Positions 10,212-20,681 of a DNA stretch of 64,000 nucleotides are shown here, piece after piece. Each line of letters begins with the position of its first letter. The first letter of the stretch is position 1. The stretch comes from an uncultured Thiohalophilus sp. (GTDB taxonomy: Bacteria > Pseudomonadota > Gammaproteobacteria > UBA6429 > Thiohalophilaceae), in NCBI GenBank assembly GCA_964405505.1, contig CAYOOC010000005.1, positions 820 through 64,819 on the forward strand. Reading direction: 5' to 3'. The notes beneath the pieces are model-generated. The model was not told where the DNA came from. It saw only the letters and a list, made by a program, of their open reading frames with translations, and did not search any database. The position numbers and the translations under genes are program-made.

Positions 10212-12200
10212 TTACAGGATGTCTTCAACGGCCTTGGCGACGTTGTCGACAGTGAAACCGAAGTATTCAAACAGCTTGCCGGCGGGCGCGGACTCACCGA
10301 AGCGGTTGAGACCGACGACCTTGCCATTCATACCGACATATTTGTACCAGCCGTCGGTGACCCCGGCTTCGACCGCTACGCGGGCCGTCACATTCGAGGG
10401 CAGTACCGATTCGCGATAGGCGTCGTCCTGGGCTTCGAAGACATCGACGCAAGGCATGGAGACCACGCGAACCTTCTTGCCGGACAGTTTTTCCACCGCG
10501 CCCATGGCCAGGGCGACTTCCGAACCGGTGGCGATGATGATGGCGTCCGGCGTGCCGTCGCAATCTTTCAGCACATAGCCGCCACGCGCGATATTGGCGA
10601 TCTGTTCGGCGCTGCGTTCCTGGTGGGCCAGTCCCTGACGGCTGAAGATCAGCGAGGTCGGACCGTCATTGCGTTCCACGGCCGCTTTCCAGGCCACGGC
10701 GGTCTCGACGCTGTCACAGGGACGCCACAGGGACATGTTCGGGATCATGCGCAGGGTCGCGGTCTGCTCAACGGCCTGATGCGTCGGGCCGTCTTCGCCC
10801 AGACCGATCGAGTCATGGGTATAGACGAAGATGCTCGGGATCTTCATCAGTGAAGCCATGCGCAGCGCGTTACGCGCATACTCGGAGAACATCAGGAAGG
10901 TGCCGCCAAACGGCTTGAAGCCGCCATGCAGGGTGATGCCGTTGATGATGGCGGACATGCCGAATTCACGCACACCGTAAGACAGGTAGTTGCCGTCGCT
11001 GACCGTGTTGGTGATGGTCTTGGCATCGGGCCAGTCGGTCAGGTTCGACGGGGTCAGGTCGGCGGAGCCGCCGAGAAATTCCGGCAGCGCCTTGGCAAAG
11101 GCGGTGATGGCGCCCTGGGAGGCCTTGCGGGTCGCCGGGGAATCGGCTTTTTCCACGCACTGCTGGATGAAGCTGTTGGCGACCTCTTCCCAGTTGCCCG
11201 GCAGTTCGCCCTTCATGCGCCGCTCGAACTCGGCGGCCAGTTCGGGATGATCTTTCTTGTAGGCCTCGAATTTCTTGTTCCACTCGGCCTCGGCCTGCTT
11301 GCCCTTGTCCTTGGCATCCCAGCCGGAATAGACCTCGTCGGGGATCACAAACGGCTCATGCGGCCAGCCGATGTTTTCGCGGGTCGCCTTGACTTCGTCT
11401 TCGCCCAGCGCGGCACCGTGACAGTCGTGGCTGCCGCACAGGTTGGGTGCGCCGAAACCGATGGTGGTCTTGGTGCAGATCAGGGTGGGCTTGTCGTTGA
11501 CCGACTTGGCTTCGTGGATCGCCTTGTCGACCGCTTCGGCGTTATGCCCGTCGACATCGCGAATCACGTGCCAGCCATAGGCTTCAAAACGCTTGGGCGT
11601 GTCGTCGGTAAACCAGTTGTCGACGTGACCGTCGATGGAGATGCCGTTGTCATCCCAGAAGGCGATCAGCTTGCCCAGGCCCAGGGTGCCGGCCAGCGCG
11701 CAGGATTCATGGGAGATGCCTTCCATCATGCAGCCGTCGCCCAGGAACACCCAGGTATAGTGATCGACGATGTGGTGACCGTCGCGGTTGAACTGGCCGG
11801 CCAGGGTGCGTTCAGCCAGCGCCATACCCACGGCATTGGAGATGCCCTGACCCAGCGGACCGGTGGTGGTTTCCACGCCGGCAGTATAGCCGTATTCGGG
11901 ATGGCCCGGGGTCTTGGAATGCAGCTGACGGAAGTTTTTCAGTTCTTCCATCGGCAGGTCATAACCGGTCAGGTGCAGCAGGGAATAGATCAGCATGGAA
12001 CCATGGCCGTTGGAGAGCACAAAACGATCCCGGTCGTACCAGTTCGGGTTGGTCGGGTTGTGCTTCATGAAGTCGTTCCACAGGACTTCGGCGATATCGG
12101 CCATACCCATGGGCGCGCCCGGGTGGCCGGAATTTGCCTTTTGCACCGCGTCCATACTCAGGGCGCGGATTGCATTGGCGAGATCTTTGCGAGATGCCAT
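10212..12200 (-). CDS. tkt: Transketolase
   Basis: [25 protein letters not shown]...DDN and [15 protein letters not shown] motifs. Confidence 0.98.
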   Translation of the reverse strand: MASRKDLANAIRALSMDAVQKANSGHPGAPMGMADIAEVLWNDFMKHNPTNPNWYDRDRFVLSNGHGSMLIYSLLHLTGYDLPMEELKNFRQLHSKTPGHPEYGYTAGVETTTGPLGQGISNAVGMALAERTLAGQFNRDGHHIVDHYTWVFLGDGCMMEGISHESCALAGTLGLGKLIAFWDDNGISIDGHVDNWFTDDTPKRFEAYGWHVIRDVDGHNAEAVDKAIHEAKSVNDKPTLICTKTTIGFGAPNLCGSHDCHGAALGEDEVKATRENIGWPHEPFVIPDEVYSGWDAKDKGKQAEAEWNKKFEAYKKDHPELAAEFERRMKGELPGNWEEVANSFIQQCVEKADSPATRKASQGAITAFAKALPEFLGGSADLTPSNLTDWPDAKTITNTVSDGNYLSYGVREFGMSAIINGITLHGGFKPFGGTFLMFSEYARNALRMASLMKIPSIFVYTHDSIGLGEDGPTHQAVEQTATLRMIPNMSLWRPCDSVETAVAWKAAVERNDGPTSLIFSRQGLAHQERSAEQIANIARGGYVLKDCDGTPDAIIIATGSEVALAMGAVEKLSGKKVRVVSMPCVDVFEAQDDAYRESVLPSNVTARVAVEAGVTDGWYKYVGMNGKVVGLNRFGESAPAGKLFEYFGFTVDNVAKAVEDIL

Positions 12201-12568
12201 AAAGTTCCCCTCGGTTCATTAAATTGCAAAAATACTGTTATCGGTACTGCCAGGGGCGAAGCGTTTTCTGATGTGTTTTGTTTCATCAGAAATGAGCACT
12301 CCACCCGCGCCGTCGCTCGGCGCGTCTGAATTCGGTTACTAGCTTCCGTCGGGATTGCCGTAATGATGGAAGTCGAGCATTGTTGTTTTCAGGCGCTGTG
12401 TTGCCTGATGAAAATGCCGGTTCGGCTTCCTCCCCGGTTTAACGAGGCCGGGATTTTCCCATTTTTTACCTGTGGCGGGCAAGCGCCGGGTGCGCTACCA
12501 CTCCCGGCGCTTGCCTGGCTTATGGGGCAAACAGTGAATTTTATTGGCAAAAGTGGTGGGGTATTGGC

Positions 12569-13132
12569 TCAGCCACCCTCTTTCCACTTGATGGAACAGC
12601 CCATGCTGGGGATCTGCTCGGCCGGTCCGCGGCCGGTTTGCGCCACCTGCACCATCGCCTCGAACAGATCCCGGCGCGCGTCCGCCGGCGCGGTATCCTT
12701 GCGACTGGCATCGAACCGGCCCCGGTACTGCAGCTTGAGGTCGGCGTTGTAACCGAAAAAGTCCGGGGTGCAGACCGCGCCATAGGCTTTGGCGACTTGC
12801 TGGGACTCATCCATTAAATAAGGAAAGGGGAAGTCATATTCGGTGGCCACCTTCTGCATGTTCTCGAACGAGTCCTCGTCGTATTCGGTCGGGTCATTGG
12901 CCATGATCGCCACGCTGTTGATGCCGTGCTTATCGCGCAATTCGCGGGTATCACGCACCAGTCGTTCGCGAATCGCCTTGACGTAGGGGCAGTGGTTGCA
13001 GATAAACATCACCAGCAGGCCGTTTTCTCCCCGACACTGTTCCAGTGCCCAGGTCTTGCCGTCGACCCCCGGGAGGGCAAAATCCACCGCCGGCGCGTCA
13101 AAATCACAGACCGGAGTCTCCAGACTGACCAT
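12569..13132 (-). CDS. Thioredoxin-fold (AhpC/TSA/redoxin family) protein
   Basis: FICNHCPYV, ACTPDFF-like (AVCTPDFF) and SMGCSIKWK motifs; GGAGG RBS favours a start at 13132 over 13150. Confidence 0.88.
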   Translation of the reverse strand: MVSLETPVCDFDAPAVDFALPGVDGKTWALEQCRGENGLLVMFICNHCPYVKAIRERLVRDTRELRDKHGINSVAIMANDPTEYDEDSFENMQKVATEYDFPFPYLMDESQQVAKAYGAVCTPDFFGYNADLKLQYRGRFDASRKDTAPADARRDLFEAMVQVAQTGRGPAEQIPSMGCSIKWKEGG

Positions 13133-13265
13133 AAACCCTCCTTTTTTCATCTATACTTTAAAGCAGACGTCAGGGAACTTACCCGTTCGGGCCCCTGAAA
13201 ACAAATTCATTCGTGCCCCCCTGCACGTCTGCTTGCTGTAATACGTTGCTGTACAGGAGGTTCGT

Positions 13266-14072
13266 ATGCACCCCGTCACCGGATTTCGACGGATCGCCGT
13301 TGTCACCACCGTGTTCCTGTTGTTGAGCGCCCCGCCTGCCCTTGCCGCGACCTACACGCTGGGTATACAGCCCATCATGTCCCGGGCCGAGACGAAAACC
13401 TTCTACCGGCCGCTGACCGACTATCTGGGTGAGCAGACCGGTCACCAGTTCCGGATCGTCGCGCACCACAATTTTGTCGCCTACTGGGAGGCCATGCGTC
13501 GCAAGCCGACCGATCTGGTGCTGGATCCGCCCCATTTTACCGGCTACCGTGTCGCCAAGGCCAACTATCAGGTGCTCGCGAAAATCCGCGATACCCTCAG
13601 TTTCAGTCTGATTACCAATGAAGATCTGCTGTTATTCGGGCCGGACGAGCTGATCGGCAAGCGGGTGGTCACCCCGGCCTCGCCCAGCCTCAGCGGGGTG
13701 GAGCTGGCCAGGTTGTTTCCCAGCCCGATGCGCCAGCCGACGATCGTGAGTGAACCGAACTTTGAACAGGCGCTGCAACGACTCAAGGCGGGTCGCGCCG
13801 AGGCAGCCCTGATCCCGACACCGATGATCAGCGGGGATACCGCGGTCAACACCGTCACCACCACCGAGCCGGTGCCACACCTGGCGGTTTCCGCCTCGCC
13901 GCAACTGCCGCAACAGGTTCGCCAGCAGATACAAAACGCCCTGCTGACGGCCCATGAAACGGAAGAGGGACAGGCCATGCTGGAGAAAGTGAATATCAGC
14001 GGTTTCGAAGCCGCCGATAACGATCTTTACCGGCCCTACGCCGCCCTGCTCCGGGGTGTCTGGGGTTACTAG
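13266..14072 (+). CDS. PhnD/SsuA-like periplasmic substrate-binding protein
   Basis: Signal peptide (ALA|A), LGIQP, YRPLTDYL...TGHQF, VPHLAVSAS; family assignment from overall pattern. Confidence 0.75.
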   Translation: MHPVTGFRRIAVVTTVFLLLSAPPALAATYTLGIQPIMSRAETKTFYRPLTDYLGEQTGHQFRIVAHHNFVAYWEAMRRKPTDLVLDPPHFTGYRVAKANYQVLAKIRDTLSFSLITNEDLLLFGPDELIGKRVVTPASPSLSGVELARLFPSPMRQPTIVSEPNFEQALQRLKAGRAEAALIPTPMISGDTAVNTVTTTEPVPHLAVSASPQLPQQVRQQIQNALLTAHETEEGQAMLEKVNISGFEAADNDLYRPYAALLRGVWGY

Positions 14073-14078
14073 CGGAAT

Positions 14079-14294
14079 GTCAGGTAGCGCTGCGCGCAAC
14101 CTGACCTACGCCTGAGTCCGCCAATTAACGCGAATAAACGCCAATCATTTCAAGCATATATTGAAATTCATTAGCGTTGATTTGCGTGCATTTGCGGACT
14201 GAAAAAAAGATTGCAGGCCACGCTGGCGTTAGCCTGCGTAACACTTCTGCCGATACGGAGTAAGTCAGGTAGCGCTGCGCGCCACCTGACCCAC
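14079..14294. repeat. Composite repeat: REP R3 - palindrome A - REP R2 - REP R3
   Basis: R3 14079-14109, A 14117-14198, R2 variant 14213-14242, R3 (GTGG variant) 14264-14294; same modules and order as 4703-5018. Confidence 0.85.
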
Positions 14295-14308
14295 TGGCCT
14301 AACCGGGG

Positions 14309-14337
14309 TTACTAGTCGCTAGCAGCTAGCGACTAGT
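14309..14337. repeat. CTAG heptamer array forming a perfect hairpin
   Basis: ttactag tcgctag cagctag cgactag; actagtcgctag-cag-ctagcgactagt is a 12-bp perfect stem. Confidence 0.75.
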
Positions 14338-14346
14338 TACTGGCAT

Positions 14347-15192
14347 TTACGCCGGCTTGCGGAAATGCAGAATGCCCCAGCGCAGATAGCCCTTGCTACC
14401 CGCCTCGACCCAGTGACCCAGGCCGGTGATCATGCGATCGATGTAGGCATCGGAGACCTTGTCGGTGATGCTGTCGCGATTTTCTTCCAGCTCGCGACGT
14501 ACCCGGCCGTAATGCTTGACCAGGTTTTCGGTCATCACTTCGATCTCAATCTCTTCCAGGCCATTATCTTTGGCCGCTTCGCGGTAGAACTCGATGGAGC
14601 CCAGTGACGGCAGGTGAATCCGGTCGTAAACCGGCTGCAACACGCCCTCGGGGCAGTCGTCGACCTGCATGGGATCGGTGAAAATGAGCTCGCCGCCGGG
14701 CTTGAGCACCCGCGCGGCCTCGGCGATCACTTTGCCCCGTTCACTGCTGTGCAGGATCGAGTCCTGTGACCAGACCACGTCAAAGCTGGCATCGGCGGCT
14801 TCGACGGACTCGAAGCTGCCGTCCCAGACCTCGATGAGGTGATCCAGCCCCTGCTCCTGGTTCATTTTGCGATCGCGCTCGTTCTCCCGTTCGCTCAGAT
14901 TCAGGGCAACAACCTTGCAGCCATAGTTCTTGGCCAGGTAACGGGCGACACCACCATAACCGGCACCCATGTCGAGCACTTTCTTATCAGCGTCCAGCTT
15001 GACTTGAAGCTTGGACGCGATGTGCTCGACCGTGCGCAGGCTGGCATCGCGGATCGGCTCATCACCGGTCTCATAGAGCCCGATATGAATGTCTTCGCCA
15101 CCCCAGACGTGGAAATAGAAATTATCGGCATCCTCGCTGTTGTAGTAATCGCGGGCCGTTTCTACGACATCGGAATAGCTCTTACTCATCAT
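14347..15192 (-). CDS. sdmt: Sarcosine/dimethylglycine N-methyltransferase
   Basis: YYNSEDADNFY..WGGEDIHIGLY, VLDMGAGYGG, WSQDSILH and FTDPMQ closely resemble Halorhodospira SDMT as I recall it. Confidence 0.92.
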   Translation of the reverse strand: MMSKSYSDVVETARDYYNSEDADNFYFHVWGGEDIHIGLYETGDEPIRDASLRTVEHIASKLQVKLDADKKVLDMGAGYGGVARYLAKNYGCKVVALNLSERENERDRKMNQEQGLDHLIEVWDGSFESVEAADASFDVVWSQDSILHSSERGKVIAEAARVLKPGGELIFTDPMQVDDCPEGVLQPVYDRIHLPSLGSIEFYREAAKDNGLEEIEIEVMTENLVKHYGRVRRELEENRDSITDKVSDAYIDRMITGLGHWVEAGSKGYLRWGILHFRKPA

Positions 15193-16000
15193 TCTCCCCT
15201 TCGATGTAGCGTTTTTCGGCTACGTGGATGAAGAAGTCCGGCTCGGCTTCGCGGTAGGTTTCCTTGAAGTCACCGTAGGTGGTCACTTTCTGGAAACCAA
15301 CATCACGCATCAGCTTGCGCACATACTCCTTGCGCAGCGGAAACATATTGAGATGGAAGGTGGACTTGTCCGGGAACTCGTAGCGGAAACGGGCCAGAGA
15401 CTCGTCAATATGCTCCGGGCTCGCCTTCACATTATCGCCGCAATAGTAGTAGTTATGCGTCGGCTGCACCTGGTGGTCCAGCAGTGCATCATAGTTACGT
15501 TGATCCAGGATCAGGATGCCGTCATGACGCAGCGTGGCGTAAAACTCGGCCAGGGTCTTGCGACGATCGTTGTCGCTATGCAGATGGGTAAAGGAGTTAC
15601 CCAGGCAGATGACCGCGTCGTAGAGGTCATGCACTGACTTGTTCAAAAAGCGCCAGTCGGCATGCACGGTACGCAGGATGTGTCCGCGCTTGCGGCCGTT
15701 TTCAAACGCCTTGGCCAGCATTTCGGGGCTGCCATCGGCGCTGGTGACTTCAAAACCACTTTCCAGCAGGCGTACGGAATGGAAACCGGTTCCGGCGGCT
15801 ACGTCCAGCACCTTCTTGGCACCGTGTTCCTGCAGCAGGCGAATAAAGAAGTCGCCCTCACTGTTGGCGCGGCCGTCCCAGTCGATCAGTTCGTCCCACT
15901 TGTCTACGAAGCCGGAGACATATTCGTCCTTGTAATGGTCCGTGTTACGGACATCCAGCGGATTTTCACCAAAATCTTGCGTTTTCTTTTCTTGGGTCAC
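15182..16000 (-). CDS. gsmt: Glycine/sarcosine N-methyltransferase
   Basis: DFGENP..VRNTDHY..EYV.GFVDKWD.LIDW, VLDVAAGTGFHS and CLGNSFTHL resemble Halorhodospira GSMT as I recall it; GTG start at 16000 with an AAGGA RBS preferred over 16096. Confidence 0.92.
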   Translation of the reverse strand: MTQEKKTQDFGENPLDVRNTDHYKDEYVSGFVDKWDELIDWDGRANSEGDFFIRLLQEHGAKKVLDVAAGTGFHSVRLLESGFEVTSADGSPEMLAKAFENGRKRGHILRTVHADWRFLNKSVHDLYDAVICLGNSFTHLHSDNDRRKTLAEFYATLRHDGILILDQRNYDALLDHQVQPTHNYYYCGDNVKASPEHIDESLARFRYEFPDKSTFHLNMFPLRKEYVRKLMRDVGFQKVTTYGDFKETYREAEPDFFIHVAEKRYIEGENDE

Positions 16001-16426
16001 GTCGTTTTCCTTATCTTGCTCTACAGATGAAGAGAAAACGGGCCCCTCATGAGCCGGACAGTTATAGCCGTATCCTGTGTACAACCTGGTTGCCACGATA
16101 ACGCGAGGGCAGTTTAATTCCAGTTGTTTCAGAACTTGCGCCCTGATGCCAAAGATACGAGTCAGGCTCGTCAGATTGAGCGTGTTTACGGGTACTACCG
16201 CAAACCACGTTTGATAGTCACCGACAGAAACTTGCGTAAAGTATTCACTGACGGGATGAGGACCCGTGTTTGTGTAATCCCTCTATCTTACCTTGTTGAG
16301 CAAAAAACGCCAGTGTTTTCCCCGATTTATTCGGGAGCGACTTTCATAAAACGGCAAAAAGAGCCTGATTTTCCGGGAAATTCGCCCATTTCCGGCGGTT
16401 GATAAAAGTTTTTTTGATATCGTATT

Positions 16427-16481
16427 ATTATAAATTGCTATTTATAGTCTCATTAGACAACATTAATACTATTGTTATATT
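16427..16481. promoter_or_regulatory. Candidate back-to-back sigma70 promoters for gsmt and metK with an AT-rich inverted repeat
   Basis: Minus-strand TATAAT at 16427-16432. Plus-strand TAGACA-N16-TATATT with TGn extension (16454-16481). Perfect IR TATAAAT-N4-ATTTATA at 16429-16446. Confidence 0.4.
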
Positions 16482-16702
16482 AGGGGTACTGCCCTTTAAT
16501 CCGAAGCCGTTTTCTGGCATTATATTAATAATTACTAATCAGGGTTGAATAAATACTCCAGACTAACCCGCCCTAGCTTTCGATAGTCACGAAAGCGTCT
16601 GCGAATTTTAAGCTGTAACTTTAGCAATACCATGCCGTATACGGCGACTCTGCGCCACATGTATCGGCGAACAAAACTTATAGAAAGAAAGAGAGGACTT
16701 TA

Positions 16703-17863
16703 ATGGCTGAGAAATATATCTTTACCTCTGAATCGGTTTCTGAAGGTCATCCGGACAAGGTTGCTGACCAGATTTCAGACTCCATTCTCGATGCACTGCT
16801 GGAGCAGGATCCCAAATCCCGTGTTGCCTGCGAAACCATGATCAATACCGGCATGGTTATCCTGTCAGGTGAAATCACTACCACGGCTCAAATCGACATG
16901 CCGACCGTCGTGCGCGAACGCGTCAAGGAAATCGGCTATAACAGCTCCGATATGGGCTTTGACTGGGAAACCTGCGCCGTGCTGGTTGCACTGGACAAGC
17001 AGTCTCCCGACATTGCCATGGGCGTGGACGAAGGCGACGAAAAAGAACAGGGCGCCGGTGACCAGGGCCTGATGTTCGGCTATGCCGCCAATGAAACCGA
17101 CGTTCTGATGCCCGCGCCGATTACCTACGCGCACCGTCTGGTTCGCCGTCAGGCTGAAGTTCGCAAGAATGGCACCCTGCCGTGGTTGCGCCCGGACGCC
17201 AAGAGCCAGGTCAGCTTCCGCTATGACAAGGGCGAACCGGTGGGTGTTGACGCCGTTGTACTGTCTACCCAGCATAACCCGGAAATCGATCTGAATACCC
17301 TGCAGGATGCCGTGATGGACGAAATCATCAAACCGGTACTGCCTGAAGGCTGGATCACCAAGGACACCAAGTTCCATATCAACCCGACCGGCCGTTTTGT
17401 TATCGGTGGCCCGGTAGGCGACTGTGGTCTGACCGGCCGCAAGATCATTGTGGACACCTACGGTGGTATGGGTCGTCACGGTGGTGGCGCCTTCTCCGGC
17501 AAGGACCCGTCCAAGGTGGACCGTTCCGCTGCCTACGCCGGCCGTTATGTGGCCAAGAACATCGTGGCAGCCGGTCTGGCCGAGCGCTGTGAAATCCAGA
17601 TTTCCTACGCAATTGGTGTGGCTGCGCCGACTTCCATTTCCGTCGACACTTTCGGTACCGGCAAGGTCTCCGAAGAGCGCATCGAGGAACTGGTTCGCGA
17701 ACACTTCGATCTGCGTGCCGGTGGCCTGGTGAAAATGCTCAACCTGCTGCAACCGATTTACGCCGGTACCGCCGCGTATGGTCACTTTGGTCGTGAAGAT
17801 CTGGACCTGCCGTGGGAGAAAACCGACAAGGCTGAAGAACTGAAGAAAGCCGCTGGCATTTAA
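16703..17863 (+). CDS. metK: S-adenosylmethionine synthetase
   Basis: [19 protein letters not shown] and [16 protein letters not shown] signatures. Confidence 0.99.
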   Translation: MAEKYIFTSESVSEGHPDKVADQISDSILDALLEQDPKSRVACETMINTGMVILSGEITTTAQIDMPTVVRERVKEIGYNSSDMGFDWETCAVLVALDKQSPDIAMGVDEGDEKEQGAGDQGLMFGYAANETDVLMPAPITYAHRLVRRQAEVRKNGTLPWLRPDAKSQVSFRYDKGEPVGVDAVVLSTQHNPEIDLNTLQDAVMDEIIKPVLPEGWITKDTKFHINPTGRFVIGGPVGDCGLTGRKIIVDTYGGMGRHGGGAFSGKDPSKVDRSAAYAGRYVAKNIVAAGLAERCEIQISYAIGVAAPTSISVDTFGTGKVSEERIEELVREHFDLRAGGLVKMLNLLQPIYAGTAAYGHFGREDLDLPWEKTDKAEELKKAAGI

Positions 17864-17877
17864 TAAATGCAGTATCC

Positions 17878-17897
17878 GGGGGGACTTTCGTCCCCCC
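17878..17897 (+). terminator. Stem-loop after metK (weak terminator or RNA stabiliser)
   Basis: ggggggac-tttc-gtcccccc perfect stem; poor U tract. Confidence 0.45.
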
Positions 17898-17901
17898 AAC
17901 T

Positions 17902-17929
17902 TTATAAGCGACAAGTAATAAGCTATAAG
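17902..17929. repeat. Heptamer tandem array (NNNNAAG x4)
   Basis: ttataag cgacaag taataag ctataag. Confidence 0.55.
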
Positions 17930-17954
17930 CTAGTTAGCAAGAATTCACTGGGGC

Positions 17955-18078
17955 TCTGAGGAGCGCTGCAGCCCCGCTACTCAATCCGTTTTGCCACACG
18001 TCAGGCGTGTTGATGAGACAGGATTGAGTAGCGGGGTCAGGCTCAGACCACCCAGTCTAAATAAACAACGGCGCTCAC
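17955..18078 (+). ncRNA. SAH riboswitch
   Basis: P1 tctgag/ctcaga, GAGGAGCGCUGC core, CAGGCUC, and pseudoknot gagcgc (17961-66) / gcgctc (18071-76) after AACG; directly upstream of ahcY. Confidence 0.9.
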
Positions 18079-18100
18079 CGTATATATACGGAGCTACAAC

Positions 18101-19519
18101 ATGAACGCTGTTCCTAAAGACTTTACAGATTATAAAGTCGCGGACATCGGCCTTGCGGAATTTGGCCGCAAGGAGATGGATATCGCCGAGACCGAAATGC
18201 CCGGCCTGATGGCCCTGCGCGAAAAATACGGCAAGGACAAGCCGCTCAAGGGCGCCCGCATTACCGGTTCCCTGCACATGACCATCCAGACCGCCGTACT
18301 GATCGAAACCCTGGTTGAACTGGGTGCCGACGTCCGCTGGGCTTCCTGTAATATTTTCTCCACCCAGGACCATGCCGCTGCCGCTATCGCCGCACAAGGC
18401 ATCCCGGTTTACGCCTGGAAAGGTGAAACCCTGGAAGAGTACTGGTGGTGCACCGAGCAGGTACTGACCTGGCCCAACGGCGAACTGCCGAACATGATCC
18501 TGGACGACGGTGGCGACGCCACGCTGCTGGTTCACAAGGGTGTGGAGTTTGAAAAAGCCGGTGCTGTACCGGATCCCGCCAAGGAAGAAAACGAAGAATT
18601 CCGTGCCGTACTGGGTGTACTGCAGCGTAACTTCGAAAAGAACAAGGGTATGTGGACCAAGATGGCCGAGTCCATCAAGGGTGTCACCGAAGAAACCACC
18701 ACCGGTGTTCATCGCCTGTACCAGATGTTCAACAAGGGTGAGCTGCTGTTCCCCGGCATGAACGTCAACGACTCTGTCACCAAGTCCAAGTTCGACAACC
18801 TGTATGGCTGCCGTGAATCCCTGGTGGATTCCATCAAGCGTGCCACTGACGTTATGGTTGCCGGCAAGATCGCGGTTGTTTGCGGTTACGGCGACGTTGG
18901 CAAGGGCTCTGCCCAGTCTCTGCGTGGCCTTGGCGCCAATGTCTGGATCACTGAAATCGATCCGATCTGTGCCCTGCAGGCTGCGATGGAAGGCTATCGC
19001 GTTGTGACCCTGGATGAAGCCGTTAGCCAGGCCGACATTTTTGTTACCACTACCGGTAACAAGGACGTCATCACCCATGACCACATGGCGGCCATGAAGG
19101 ACCAGGCTATCGTTTGTAACATCGGCCACTTCGACAACGAAATCCAGGTCGAAAGCCTGCGCAAGTACGAGTGGATCAACATCAAGCCGCAGGTCGATCA
19201 GATCAAATTCCCTGACGGCAAGAAGATCACTCTGCTGGCCGAAGGCCGTCTGGTAAACCTGGGTTGCGGTACCGGTCATCCGAGTTTCGTGATGTCCAAC
19301 TCCTTCACCAACCAGGTTGTTGCCCAGATCGAAATGTTCACCAAGCCGGAAAACTATCCGCTGGGTGTTTATGTACTGCCGAAGAAACTGGACGAAGAAG
19401 TTGCCGCCCTGCACATTGGCAAGATTGGCGCCAAGCTGACCAAGCTGAGTAAAGAGCAGGCCGACTACATCGGTGTCCCGGTTGAAGGTCCGTACAAGTC
19501 TGAACATTATCGTTACTAA
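18101..19519 (+). CDS. ahcY: Adenosylhomocysteinase
   Basis: [34 protein letters not shown] and [10 protein letters not shown] motifs. Confidence 0.99.
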   Translation: MNAVPKDFTDYKVADIGLAEFGRKEMDIAETEMPGLMALREKYGKDKPLKGARITGSLHMTIQTAVLIETLVELGADVRWASCNIFSTQDHAAAAIAAQGIPVYAWKGETLEEYWWCTEQVLTWPNGELPNMILDDGGDATLLVHKGVEFEKAGAVPDPAKEENEEFRAVLGVLQRNFEKNKGMWTKMAESIKGVTEETTTGVHRLYQMFNKGELLFPGMNVNDSVTKSKFDNLYGCRESLVDSIKRATDVMVAGKIAVVCGYGDVGKGSAQSLRGLGANVWITEIDPICALQAAMEGYRVVTLDEAVSQADIFVTTTGNKDVITHDHMAAMKDQAIVCNIGHFDNEIQVESLRKYEWINIKPQVDQIKFPDGKKITLLAEGRLVNLGCGTGHPSFVMSNSFTNQVVAQIEMFTKPENYPLGVYVLPKKLDEEVAALHIGKIGAKLTKLSKEQADYIGVPVEGPYKSEHYRY

Positions 19520-19524
19520 ACACT

Positions 19525-19588
19525 AAGGGACGAGAGACCGGGGACGGACGACGAAGTTGGAACCTCAGCTTCGTCTCCGTCCTTTTTT
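19525..19588 (+). terminator. Heptamer array (4 x NNNNGAC) merging into a strong intrinsic terminator
   Basis: aagggac gagagac cggggac ggacgac; long stem ggacgga(c)gacgaagttg/cagcttcgtctccgtcc followed by 6 U. Confidence 0.75.
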
Positions 19589-19607
19589 ATCTCGTTAACT
19601 GGAGCCT

Positions 19608-20465
19608 ATGGAATCACAAAAGAAACATACCCCCGTTTATAGCGTGGAGTTTTTCCCGCCCAAATCGGAAGATGGGGCGGAGAAGCTGCGCAAGGTCCGC
19701 AAGAACCTGAACAAGGGCATGCAGCCGCGGTATTACTCGGTGACTTTCGGAGCCGGTGGCAGTACCCAGCAGGGGACGTTTGACACCGTGGTCGAAATCC
19801 AGAACTCGGGTGACGATGCGGCACCGCATCTGTCCTGCATTGGTGCGACCAAGGACAGCCTGCGTGACCTGCTCGGCCGCTACAAGGAGAACGGCATCAA
19901 ACGGATTGTGGCACTGCGCGGTGATATGCCCTCGGGCATGCGTGGCCCTGGCGAACTCCGTTATGCCAATGAACTGGTCGAGTTCATTCGTGCCGAGACC
20001 GGCGATTACTTCGAACTTGAGGTAGCCGCCTATCCGGAGATTCATCCCCAGGCACCGTCTGCCTCCGATGATCTGAAAAACTTCAAACGCAAGGTGGAAG
20101 CCGGCGCCGATACCGCCATCACGCAGTACTTCTTTAATCCGGATGCCTACTTCCGGTTTATCGATGAGTGCGAGCGGATGAATATCGATCTGCCGATTAT
20201 CCCCGGCATTATGCCGATCACCAATTACAAACAGTTGTCACGTTTTTCCGAAATGTGTGGCGCCGATATCCCGCGCTGGATTCGCAAGCGCCTGGAAGAC
20301 TTTGGCGACGACAAGGAATCGATCAAACAGTTCGGTGAGGAAGTCATCACTGATATTTGCCACACCCTGCTCGAAGCAGGTGCGCCCGGACTGCATTTCT
20401 ATTGCATGAACCAGTCCGCGCCAACGCTGGCCATCTGGCGTAATCTCGGCATCCAACAGTCCTGA
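19608..20465 (+). CDS. metF: 5,10-methylenetetrahydrofolate reductase
   Basis: SVEFFPPK, SVTFGAGG, PHLSC, ALRGD, ITQYFF and PGLHFY motifs. Confidence 0.97.
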   Translation: MESQKKHTPVYSVEFFPPKSEDGAEKLRKVRKNLNKGMQPRYYSVTFGAGGSTQQGTFDTVVEIQNSGDDAAPHLSCIGATKDSLRDLLGRYKENGIKRIVALRGDMPSGMRGPGELRYANELVEFIRAETGDYFELEVAAYPEIHPQAPSASDDLKNFKRKVEAGADTAITQYFFNPDAYFRFIDECERMNIDLPIIPGIMPITNYKQLSRFSEMCGADIPRWIRKRLEDFGDDKESIKQFGEEVITDICHTLLEAGAPGLHFYCMNQSAPTLAIWRNLGIQQS

Positions 20466-20519
20466 GTTTTATCCCGGGGCAACAACACTGTCATCCGGAC
20501 AATAGCGGATGACTGCCAG

Positions 20520-20548
20520 CGGCACAGGGATGTGCCGTTTCTTTTTTT
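20520..20548 (+). terminator. Intrinsic terminator after metF
   Basis: cggcaca-ggga-tgtgccg followed by tttctttttttt-like U tract; an extra hairpin gtcatccg/cggatgac lies just upstream. Confidence 0.75.
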
Positions 20549-20681
20549 CCCCACCCCGTACCGCAACCGAATTGCACACTATTTCCCGTTCGCAATATTG
20601 CCATCACACCTACCTTGACCCTTTTGCAGGAGGCCGGCATAGTGCCGTTATCCCGCATATTGCAAAGCAACGACGATTTCC

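Noticed and set aside
16124-16402. 92-aa ORF in the gsmt-metK gap
   Set aside because: No RBS or recognisable motif; lies antisense to the probable gsmt leader.
16399-16421. Possible SahR-type operator (TTGATAT half-site)
   Set aside because: Only one half matches the ATCAA-N6-TTGAT pattern I recall, the spacing is off and no sahR gene is adjacent.
16213-16590. Repeated 9-mer gatagtcac (16213 and 16582)
   Set aside because: One repeated 9-mer in about 700 nt is expected by chance.
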